From Ylistrum balloti (Eukaryota): DNA of 64,000 bases. The stretch lies in the NCBI RefSeq assembly GCF_031769215.1, contig NW_026781911.1:1-64000 (forward strand), read 5' to 3'. The notes beneath the pieces are model-generated. The model was not told where the DNA came from. It made no database searches and saw nothing but the letters and a program-made list of their open reading frames with translations. Shown here piece by piece: positions 1-12,900 of this stretch (positions are counted from its first letter, which is position 1; each line of letters starts with the position of its first letter). A program made the translations under genes and the position numbers.

Positions 1-900
1 CAATGCATATATTTAACTGATGTACCAAACGTTTTTAATTCAGATAACTGTCCCAAGCTTGTCGAAAGATAAGTATAGAAAAGGTAAATGATAAAAAAAA
101 AATAATAATGATAAAAATACAAAAAAAGAAAAGAAATTACTTTAACTGCATTGTTTCTTTATTGGTATAGCTACGTATCAAATATAAGTTGGTTTGCCCG
201 AGAAACAACAATTTTCTATGAAACACGTAACAGATTTCTGCATTCTAACGTAAGGACAAGAACATTCCGGTCTGAGATGGAAGACATTCTAAACTGACCA
301 GTTTATTCTCGATTCGGTAAAACTTGCCATACAAATGTAGGAGTTGAATACGGAAGCCACCTTACTAACCTCGGTTAGTGGGAATTTCCCAGCTGGGATA
401 TAGTAATTTTTAGTATACTCATTTGTATCACAAATTTGGTGCTATTAACCGCTCAAACGGTAGAAGTTACAGGAGATTGTGATTATTCTTTGGGGATACT
501 GAACCCAGGTTGTTGATGTTTTTGGGATCGAAGACTTTGTGATGTACAGGTCGCATTACTAGCCTTGGATAGTGGGGATTTTCCTTTAGTCTAGAGGCAG
601 AATGTCCGACTGGAGACCAAACAAGGATCGCTACTTCAAACCCCAACGGGGAAGTGTTTTCCGTTACTCCTTTGCATTCTATTCGACAATTGTTTAAGTT
701 TTATTTATAGTGTATAATGCAGAGTTAAGTACTAACGCTTGTTTAAAATAAATGAATAAAAATGAAAAAATATATTTAAAAATCCCTCTTATTTTCTCAC
801 CAGTGAAATGTTTGAGCTATTTTTGATGCAAATGAAATTTATTGCACAAAATTCAATACTCCAAATACAGACACCTATTACCTCCGATGATATGGACTTG

Positions 901-2327
901 TATATATCCTACACTAACACGACCCGGTGGTGTAACGATACACCAATACCTCTCCATGTCACCTCGTCCTCACTATATATCCTACACTAACAACCCGGTG
1001 GTGTAACGAGACACCAATACCTCTCCATGTCACCCCGTCCTCACTATATATCCTACACTAATACGATCAGGTGGTGTAACGAGACACCGATACCTCTCCC
1101 TGTCACCTCGTCCTCACTATATATCCTACACTAACAACCCGGTGGTGTAACGAGACACCAATACCTCTCCATGTCACCCCGTCCTCACTGTATATCCTAC
1201 ACTTACACGACCCGGTGGTGTAACGAGACACCAATACCTCTCCATGTCACCCCGTCCTTACTATATATCCTACACTAACAACCCGGTGGTGTAACGAGAC
1301 ACCAATACCTCTCCATGTCACCCCGTCCTCACTGTATATCCTACACTAACAACCCGGTGGTGTAACGAGACACCAATACCTCTCCATGTCACCCCGTCCT
1401 CACTGTATATCCTACACTTACACGACCCGGTGGTGTAACGAGACACCCATACCTCTCCTTGTCATCCCGTCCTCACTGTATATCCTACACTAACAACCCG
1501 GTGGTGTAACGAGACACCAATACCTCTCCATGTTACCCCGTCCTCACTGTATATCCTACACTTACACGACCCGGTGGTGTAACGAGACACCCATACCTCT
1601 CCATGTCACCCCGTCCTTACTATATATCCTACACTAATACGATCAGGTGGTGTAACGAGACACCCATACCTCTCCATGTCATCCCGTCTTCACTATATAT
1701 CCTACACTAACAACCCGGTGGTGTAACGAGACACCAATACCTCTCCATGTCACCCCGTCCTCACTGTATATCCTACACTTACACGACCCGGTGGTGTAAC
1801 GAGACACCAATACCTCTCCATGTCACCCCGTCCTTACTATATATCCTACACTAACAACCCGGTGGTGTAACGAGACACCAATACCTCTCCATGTCACCCC
1901 GTCCTCACTGTATATCCTACTCTTACACGACCCGGTGGTGTAACGAGACACCAATACCTCTCCATGTCACCCCGTCCTCACTATATATCCTACACTAACA
2001 ACCCGGTGGTGTAACGAGACACCAATACCTCTCCATGTCACCCCGTCCTCACTGTATATCCTACACTTACACGACCCGGTGGTGTAACGAGACACCCATA
2101 CCTCTCCTTGTCATCCCGTCCTCACTGTATATCCTACACTACCAACCCGGTGGTGTAACGAGACACCCATACCTCTCCATGTCACCCCGTCCTTACTATA
2201 TATCCTACACTAATACGATCAGGTGGTGTAACGAGACACCCATACCTCTCCATGTCACCTCGTCCTCACTATATATCCTACACTTACACGACCCGGTGGT
2301 GTAACGAGACACCAATACCTCTCCATG
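901..2327. repeat. Minisatellite, about 20 units of 71/73 bp
   Basis: Unit CTATATATCCTACACTAACAACCCGGTGGTGTAACGAGACACCAATACCTCTCCATGTCACCCCGTCCTCA. Confidence 0.97.
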
Positions 2328-3025
2328 TTCTTACTTTGATTCAAAACATTCTGTTGATAACCTTACATTGTTATGATAATACACACACATCCGTATATAC
2401 GTGTTATCATGATATTGACGATGAGCCACGTAGTATAGCAGTTTATAAACAGATACCTACATGGCAAAAATAATTATAGATATTGTCGTGTACGTGTCTT
2501 GCATGTGCAGGAGCCTTTCCAAATACAACTTATGATAATCAAATCTAAACAGTATTTGAGAGAAACACGCGATGATATGTATGCACAATCGGAAGCATGT
2601 TAACAACTAACAGGATGTCTCATGTACGTGCTGTAATGAATTTCTGCATATTCACGTAGTAGTAATTGAAGCTGACCGATGCTGATGTGTAGGTGTACTT
2701 ATTTGTAATGTAACCATGCTGATGATCCGCATTATTAACCGCCCCGGGGCGTATTGAGATGTAGCCCGTATCGTGTTATGATATCGATGAGTAGATAAAC
2801 ATGATCTTAGCCCAAAAAGCGAAGCTACATATGTACACAAGTTCTCACACGTTGGTCCAAGTACGACTGGTACTACTTTGTTCAGCTTGAACCATGACTT
2901 TATTGGGTGCTATTCTGACGGCAGACTAGAAACTTTTTACGGTGTCTATACGGATGATTCAGTGACGTTATGTTGTTAGCACGAGCAAAGGTGTATTAAC
3001 ACAGAACTGTCTCCACTATCAGACT

Positions 3026-3985
3026 ATGGATCTGATCATGAAGAAAGGTTATGCCAAGTTGCTGGTGCTGAGCGTCGGTTGGTTTCTCTTCTTCCTCAGT
3101 TTTTCTTCCATACGTAATGTCACCAGCAGCATCAACCATGAAGATGGCCTGGGTTTATGCTCGATGGCCGGTACTTACGGAGGATTCATGTTGGCCTGCT
3201 GTATTACTACTAGTATAGTAAGGCGCTACACCACCAAATGGGTCCTTGTTGTGTCTTTAGGCATACAGATAGTCTTCGTGTTGGCAAATCTAAGCCGGAA
3301 CCTCTATCTGCTCGTGCCAATTTCTGTTATGTGTGGCGCCTCTCAGGCGGCAATGTGGACTGCTGTCAGTACCTATGTTGTGGATCTAGTAGTGCAGCTC
3401 GAGGACAGAAGGTCTCTGGAAGTGCTTTCTAGAAGTCTTAAAGCTAGAATGTTTGGCATATTTTTCTTCTTTGGATCATTGGCGCCTGTGTTTGGAGCTC
3501 TCTTGACTTCCTTTATACTCTCCTACAACAGGAATGAAGGTCTTCATATTTCAGTGGAACGTAACATTACAAATTGTGGAAGCCACGAGACTTTTACCTC
3601 TAACTGTAGCAATGTGTCGTCTATAGGTAACGTAAATACGGGAGAGTACCGTTCTACAGAGACTGTGAACACATTGTGTGGCCCGCGGTTCTGTCACGCT
3701 AACTTTGATGAATATGCCGAAAGGGCTGTAAAGAAAGAAACGCGTACCCTTCTGTTCGGAGTCTATACAGCTTGTATGGCCATTGCCCTGCTTGGTTATG
3801 CTTTTCTTCTAGACGGCAGCAAAAGTTTGAAAGAAGTTCTATGTTCTAGTGAAGTATGTGTTGACTTCGCAAAGGACACCAAATCAGTCTTTAAGCTCTT
3901 TGCGGAGTGTAATTTTCTATTGATCAGTCCACTGATTCTATTCCATGGAGTACAGACAGCTTTCTTCTCAGGCGAAATCACGAAG
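3026..3985 (+). CDS. UNC93: UNC-93-like exon 1 (320 codons)
   Basis: ORF 3026..4036 is hydrophobic and multi-TM; it ends GEITK at the donor AAG|GTAAGT (3986). An upstream non-coding exon is possible. Confidence 0.9.
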
Positions 3986-6900
3986 GTAAGTCACAAAGCC
4001 AAAGGCCACCCTTGTGTATGCACTATAACAATCTAAGGGGCACATGCTTTAGTTAAGTTTGCCATATTATCAACAATGCTTTATAGTACAGTGATATAAT
4101 CCTTAATAACAACCGAAATTCCTACTTCTAAATAGCTTCCAGTTATTGTCTTAGTCATTAACACACCTTTGTGAAAGAGTTGATGTTTATATATGTTGAT
4201 ATTGATATCTTTGTATGGCCTGGATATTAAAATTCTTGTTGTATGTCATGATTCCTGGATTTGGTATTTTTTTTGTCGAATCACCGACATGATAAAACTG
4301 ACCATAATGGACACACAGCACAAATTATCACATCAATTTATATATATCCATGTCATTAATTTGCCGACTTAAATTAGTTACCTCAGTTAATTAAATCTTA
4401 TTGTCCCTTGTATGTGATTGGGTTTTTACTAGAATATACTAATTTTATATCGTGTTTATTTGAGGTTTATAAAGTGTCGAATTCAACAGTATCATACGTT
4501 GCCCTCTTTATGACCCGGAGAAATGTCAATACACAGAGTATACCGTGGATATAACAACAATCTGGACATACAACAATAATTTGTTGACAGAAGATGTCAT
4601 ATTGTTTAAACACACCTAGGATTTTGGTACACCTGTACTGTCGTTTCTTTGCTATCGATATACACATTGTGATACGTAATGTTGATAATTAATCCAGATT
4701 TTATAGATCAACACCTCCGTAATGGTCTGTTCCATAAGCCAATTCAAAACAACGTGACAAAGAAGACGACACAATTACTTCATGTTATGTGTTGATTCTA
4801 TGTTAAAAATAACCATATTGAATGCTGATTCAAAGAAAATTATTAATGGAGATTATCGTTTTTAATGAATTACTGGGTGTATTCTCTATATCGACGGTAA
4901 TCGAGAAAGTACAAAATGCAAAGAAACACTTATTATATAACTAAATACCAAAGTACAAAACACACAGAAACAATGACTATACATAGTACAACATACACAG
5001 AAACGGTATTCATATATAGTATAAAACACACAGAAACAATGACTATGCATAGTACAACATACACAGAAACGGTATTTATATATAGTACAAAACACACAGA
5101 AACAATCACTATACATAGTACAACATACACAGAAACGGTATTTATATATAGTACAAAACACACAGAAACAATGACTATACATAGTACAACATACACAGAA
5201 ACGTTATTTATATATAGTACAAAACACACAGAAACAATGACTATACATAGTACAACATACACAGAAACGTTATTTATATATAGTATAAAACACACAGAAA
5301 CAATGACTATATATAGTACAACATACACAGAAACGGTTTTTATATATAGTACAAAACACACAGAAACAATGAATATATATAGTACAACATACACAGAAAC
5401 GGTATTTATATATAGTATAAAACACACAGAAACAATGACTATACATAGTACAACATACACAGAAACGGTATTTATATATAGTATAAAACACACAGAAACA
5501 ATGACTATATATAACAATGACTATATATAGTACAACATACACAGAAACGGTATTTATATATAGAACAAAACACACACAAACAATGAATATATATAGAACA
5601 TATCTCACAGAGACAGTGACTACATATTATAAGAAACTCGCAGACTATTTATTGTACAAAGCTCACAGAAACAGAGACTTTATAATGATATAACTTTCGT
5701 TAGAACCTTTTTTCAGTGAATGTGATGAAAGATAGCTGACTGAAACAACGATAACTCTTTGATAGCCAATCAGAGTTTCACCATTTCACTTTGAATTATA
5801 ATTGATATCGCCTATATTTGATAGGAATACGATTCTTCAACCAACTGATTTTTCATCGGTTATGCCGGTGTTAAACTCCACTAGCTGTTTTTTTCCATAC
5901 GATACTTAAATTATCGAAGAGCTTTTCAAAAGTGGCCACAAAGATCTTGCAAAGTCCTTCTATTTCACTTTCAGATATATTGATGACGACTTATCTTTAT
6001 ATACTCACCAGAATTGAAGATCAAGGACATGACACACTCTTCAACATCAGCCGCTAATTTCAATCTTTTCCTACAACGAAACCAACATCGACAGCTTTCC
6101 ACTAAGCTGCATGATAAGCGTGATGATTTGAATTTTCCCATTGTGAATTTTCCATTTCTGGATAGCAAACACCATACGAAGATTTACATGGCGGGACTCG
6201 TTGATATAGCAGAAGGCGTTTTTTCTCTTCTGGAACACCTGGTCTTATTCTCCTTGTACTTTTTCAGAAGTTTCCGTAAAAATCTTTCCTTTTTCATATT
6301 TGTTGATATCTAACACAAGTTTCATCAAAATTCAAGTGTGGATTTTCTTATTGTTTTTGATGACGTTTTCTGCTGATGTAGGCTTTTGCTGGCTGTCTAT
6401 ACGGAGTGGATATGGTCGGTTATTTCGTGGCTGTGTATGGTACCAGTGCTGCCCTTACCGCCTTCACAACAGGTTTCGCCTCAAAAATTGTCAACCGAAC
6501 ATTTCTTCTATCTACAGGCAAGTCTTTATAATTATCACACCTTTTAATCTAAATTGAAATAAAATACATATCGTCTGTTATATTGCTGCACTGAGTAAGT
6601 ACCGTATCACATACCGTCTAAACACCGTTATATAGTCTTGTCTTAGTGTCATATCCTTACGTCAGTTCTCTCTGTGGAGATCGGGCCAGTCTCCCTACTG
6701 TACACTGAATATTTAACCATAACCATATGAAAAAGAATCTACCTATGAAGCGGAGTTTTATTACGAATATCTTAACCGGGTACCGAGATGCCCTAAATCT
6801 ACATGAACAACTAACCACACTCCACCACACCCCCTCATGATTAAGTGCTCGAGCATCACCACACCGACCCTCCTATAATTAATCGATCTCGTATCACCTC

Positions 6901-9900
6901 ACAACATCCCCATGGAAAAGCGCTCCAGCATCACCCCACCACACCCTCTATATTTAAGTGGCTCCAGCATCACCACATCACACCCCCTGTAGTTCAGCGT
7001 TCCAGTATCACCCCATCACACCCCCTATAATTAAGCGCTCCAGCATCACCCCACCACATCCCCTATAATTAAGCGCTCCACAGAAATATGTATATAAAAA
7101 ACTTTTTGTCACAAATATCAATCTTTCATTGTATGTTACAAGTTGTATGCTTATGTCATGCACATCATTCTCCAGATGCATTTTCTAAAAGTATTAAGCA
7201 AAAAAAGTAAATTTTAGCTTGTTTACTTTCAATATTGCCTACTCGAATTCATTATGGTCTACTTATCTCCATAAGTGAAGTAAGTGAAGAAAAGTAGTCT
7301 TCAATAGATACTGATATTAAGTACTAAATTTAAAGGATTGGACAAAAGACACACAAGTGAATAACACCTTCGAGTTAGATACAGTAGAGCCAAACAATGA
7401 AGCAAACAGCACTGTACAGCTGTTTCGTCCTTCTAGGACTCGTCAGTGATGATATGGGCTTACATTTTGAAGCCTAGGAGGCGACTAAGGAAATGATCGA
7501 AAGAAAAGTCTAGACGGAGAGGTGCAGCAGCCCCACAATGAAATAAATTTCGTTATTTTTATATACCAGATAATTTTAGAAAACGTGAAGTACATGTGTG
7601 TGTGAAAGTCGAGGCAAACCTCGTAATGTACTAGAAATGAAGTTTTTTTTATATCTATATCAGAAAGACAGTATCTGATACTTACGATTATTTACAATTA
7701 AGAACGACAAGCATTATACAAATTCTGGTGGATTCATAACTAAAGTCATAGCTAGTCATAATTAGTCATAACTAGAACGTGCATTGCTAACAAAAAAAAA
7801 ACAGTGAAACGAAACAGAATTAATTTAAAAGGAAAATTTATACACATATAATGCACATGCACTTAGTTAGAAATTAAATACTTTCATCTTTGTTAACGCA
7901 AAGTGGTTCGATGAAATAGTATATCGTCCCATCAACACTAGAGGGCAATCGATATAAGGTCGGTATCTTAACGGATAAATACCTAAACATAATGAAGGTC
8001 ATGCCTTAAACATAGTGTAGGTCAGATGGTCAATATTACTATCTTACGTGCCACGTGGCGCTGATAATATGGTCGTATTGAGCGATAAAATATGTGACTT
8101 ATAAAAATGTAGTTATAGAACATGTCATGTGTATGTCCCTATGGATTTGAAAAGCTATAAAACTGGGTACATAACCATCAATATTAATACATCAGGCCTC
8201 TGTCGAGGTATAAATTATATTGATCACAAGTATATACTTCTGTTTCATTTCACCTTGCTCATCTTATATTTTTCAATGTTTAACATATTGTTTTAGCTGG
8301 TGGATGTATTTCTATTGGGTGTTTAACTTATTCACGATGCAGGTAACTATTCCAATACCTCGGGTAAATATTAACACATGAGGCAAAAGAAGCAACTAAA
8401 GCAAAAAAAAAAAAAAAAAAAGAGGATATTTTCTGCAAGGATAAAATTTAAGGAAAGGGATAATATTGGCATTTATCATGTACAAAATACACTGCCCGAA
8501 GTGTTTACACGCGATGTTCTATTACAAACTCAATAAAACATGATTTGTCGTGAGGACAATATCATCATCTGTGTATGATGATTTTCTGGTTGATCGGTTC
8601 TCTCCCAAGCAAAGTGTCGGACAGTTAATCACATTACGTTTGACAAGACTGAGCCATTTTGAATTGGCCCTTACGCACAACATTCAACCTTTTCATGCCG
8701 GGATCTACTAACAAACATTTACGAAATGGTTATTAAATATGAATTGCAGAAAAGCTGCAGTTAACACAGCAAAGGCGATGTAAAAAAAAAATCAAGTAAA
8801 TAGGTGAAGTTAATGGAAAATTGTCCCCGGTATAATCACTACTTACATCTGCATATCTAAAGGATATATATATATAACTGATAGCGAAGAGCAATGGTAC
8901 ATATGTACCTATATTTTTGTGTTAAGTCATGATGCTGCCTTTAACAGTGCTAATGGGTCGCACCAAAGTCCACGTCCAATACCAAGTAGGTCACCAGCCA
9001 ACAACCTTTCAATAGACTTTGTAGTTTAAATTTTAGGTCAAGTAGAATTTATTTCATGAATTTAAACTGTCTATCTATACGAGTATAATACAATTGAGGA
9101 TTATCGTGTGACTAACACATTCTTGATACTATGATACACCACAGCACATATATATGCTGGGGCATATTCAAAAACGTGAACGTGAATTAGTCAATTGAAA
9201 GAACATCACATGTCAAAGGAAAAAAAAGATTGATACATGTGAACATTCTGAACCAAAGTTACACAAAACGCATGTCTAAACAATTTCATTACACTAGATG
9301 ACATAACAGGAAAAACACTTGTGACATCATACATCAATACTACAGTGAGTGTGACCTCATAAATGGGTAAAAAGTCACATCGAATGGCTTATGCTTTTTT
9401 CATTGTAAAATTAGACAAGGAATATAATGTTAACACATAAAACTCATATTAACATACTATCGAGATGAAACTGGGGTTTTCTTTATATATTCTCTCGTAA
9501 TAGAATAATGCCATGTCCATACCTCGTTACGGTGAAATAATGTTTTACCAGGTAATTACTATTCAGTGAAAAAGGCACGCAAGTCAAAAGCACCTTTCAA
9601 TACAAATTAAGAACTAGATAGAGTAGAGCTAAATAATGAATTCAATTGCATTATACAGCTATTTTGCCCTTCTAGGACTAGGTCAGTGATGCTAAGGGTC
9701 GGCATTGTTAAGACGGCTGAGGAAATACAGAATGACTTCAAAGAAGTGTCCAAGTACATATTTATATAGAAACGTGACATAAAGGTTACGACATACCTCG
9801 GGGACCAACTGAAGTGTTTACCACCTGCAATCTCAAAAAAATGCACACACGTTAATAGCCCCTCTCAGTACAGTTTAGAATAAGATACAGTCAAATATTG

Positions 9901-12900
9901 TCGTCTACGACTCGTCAGTACTTTCCTATCGTATTATATTACATTTTTGCTAGTAAAACATAAAAAGATATCAATTTGATACAAACTGATATCATCACTA
10001 GCCAACCTTTTCAGTAGTGCTGAATAATATGATTTTCCATCAAATAATTCGTTGTTCTTTTCTGTTTTTCTTTAATTTTGTATATAAGATATAATATGGT
10101 AACAATTCTCACCAGAAATCAGCATAGATTGGTAGAATTACATTATAAAGCATCCTATTTGATATGTTGATGTGGAAGGAGTCGCTAATAAACAAAACCT
10201 TTTTAAGAACAGCTTTATTGTATGTTCTTTTGAATTCGTGTTTCCTTCGAAAATGAAACCAGAAGACTGAATGGTTTCTCTCGGAATATTTATATTTTTC
10301 ACTCGCATGATAAACAGACGAAACCAAATACTTTCCTAGATTTGCAAGGTTACTTATATATAAAAATAGACAGTTGTTTATTCGTGATATCGGATAGAGT
10401 ACAGTTATGTAACTGTTTAAAAGATAAAGATTTAAAAGATTGATTGACGGTAATAATTTATCTTTGTATGTATCCCGCAGTGCAAAGTTATTTATAGTGT
10501 ATGGATGGTCAATACCGATCGTGCTTTGTTTGTCGTACGTAAACGTTTCCTTTAAAGCCCTATTCTTTGGCGGATTTCAACCAAATTTGGTCTGATGCAT
10601 CATTGTGTGAGGGTAATAATTTGTCAAATTCCGAATTTTGATTCGATCCCTAGGGGTCGAGGGACGGGTACCCAAAATGGGAGAAGCTGAAATTAGCTTT
10701 AAAAGCCTATTCCTCCTTTCTACCTGGGTGGATTTCAACAAGCTTTGACCTGATTCATCAGTTAGGGTAGGCAATTATTTCTTTAATACAGAAATTTGAT
10801 TCGACTCCTAGGGACTGGGAAGGAGGAGGGGGGAGCAAAAGAGGAAGTTATGCAATAGTTTGATTTCGCTACTCTTTTTTAATGCCTAGGTAGATTTCAA
10901 CAAAATTTTGTATGAAACATTGTTGCAGGTGGGTTCTCATTTTTTTTTAATTCATAAACTTATTTCGACCTCTGGAGACCTGGGGCGGGGCTCCAAACGG
11001 AAAAGTTAGTCAAAACGCTACTCTTTCTTAATACTTGAGTGGATTAAAACCGACTGTGGTCTGAAATATCATGATTTGTCACAACAAAACCTGCAGATTC
11101 TGAAAAATAAGAATAGGTTATATATAAAATCTATTTTATCAAATATTTACATACATAAGATGAAGAAATAAGAATTCATAGGATTGATTGATAAGAATAT
11201 CCGATATAACATAGTTGAATCAATGAGTACAGGAATTGTCTTGTATACAATACTAATTATATGCACCAGTTATATGCAATATGTAGTGTCGTACTAAAAG
11301 TGACCTCTGGAAATATGCACAAGAGAAGAGGTTACTTTCAGTCATCAAACTGAATGAAAGTATTCCTTCTCTTGTTAGGGAGAGGTGCGAGTTTGTACAG
11401 TTGTGAACTGTTCTAAAGCGTATTTCGTGAATATACGTCTCATTGACTGGATGTTTTTTTCAACAGTCTCTTGGTAAACCTATGAGAACAAAATATGTCA
11501 AAATGATGGTTGTGATTTCTGTTTTCATACGAGGCTCCGTAAAGTTCATCAATCAGACACAAAAACCTTGCAAAAACCTTCATTATATCGATGATGACTT
11601 GTCTTTATTAGAAATTGTTTGATAATGTCCATAGTATATACCCATCTACCGGCTCATCTGCTGAATTTGATGTTTGAAAGGAACCTAGCTGTATGATAGC
11701 GGGATGATTTCAATTGCCTTTCAGTGGCGCAAACTTGTGATGTATACTGCCGTAATTGATTCTATTCAATGTCCTATTAACAATACCGGGATTTACATGC
11801 TTAATGCACAATATAATATGAATTTGGTCGTGGTTTAACTTGTGATTTACCTTTTTTATTATTTGGGAACGTGACATTGCTTGCTTGGATTGACAAATGT
11901 TTACATTGTGGGTATCGTCGAGGAAGCAAAGCACTTTACCTTTCAGAAAGAATGGTCTTATACTCTTTGTTTGTTTATTTTTGTGGATGAATGATTCGTT
12001 TGTTCCTATTTTGCCACATTTCATCAAATTTGGGCTTGAATAATGGTTCTTTTGACATTTCGGTATTTTCGATGTTGCTCATGAAATATTAATCAAAGCG
12101 TTAAAAGAAATTGATTGCTAGATTTTGTCTAGTGATTTCACGGCTTTAATTTCGGAGCAATGAGTCCCTTTAATGTCTATGTTTATATAATTACGACTTT
12201 AATTTCGGAGCAATTAGTCCCTTTAATGTCTATGTTTATATAATTACAGCTGCAGTTGTGGATCTGTTTGCTCTAGTTGCAATGTTGATATGGAGTGCTG
12301 AGAATGGCGACATGCTGTACGTGTTTTCCCTTGCCTTCCTGTGGGGAATAGGGGAAGGCATATGGACCACGCATCTAAACAGTGAGCAAATACACAATAA
12401 TGTATTCAATAGTTCCCATAGGTGGTCAAGCAACGAGTTTGTACAATCAGAAATTAGATGTACAGCTCATGTACTAGTTGTGTTCGGTATATTGTATAGT
12501 TTTACATGGAAACAATATGTTTGACGTCGTTCTGATTTTTTTTCATAGTTTAATTGATCCTAAATGTCGAAGGAACACGTTCATGAAGCATAAAAATTGT
12601 ACATATGGTATAAAGATATATAGTTACAACTATATCATAAAACAGTTAATGTGCTATGCCATTAAAATTAACAGTAAATCACTACACAGCGAAACTGTAT
12701 TTTATCAAATTGATCAGTGTTTGACAAGTTTAATTGGTGTTTTGATTACAACTTTGGACTAGCTAGATAGGTAACTTATTCTTATCATTAATATTTTATA
12801 TTTAATATTTATAGTTGGTACCCTGTAAACAAATAACCAAGTTATTGATTTAGTTGGTGTCATGTACATAACCAGGTTATTGGTTTAAGTTGGTGCCGTG

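Noticed and set aside
4886-5608. Thr-rich and Val-rich repeat ORFs on both strands
   Set aside because: Artefacts of the 66-bp minisatellite inside UNC-93 intron 1.
8297-8342. Possible extra UNC-93 exon (TTTTAG|...CAG|GTAACT)
   Set aside because: 46 nt would shift the frame, no frame resembles UNC-93, and the gene is complete without it.
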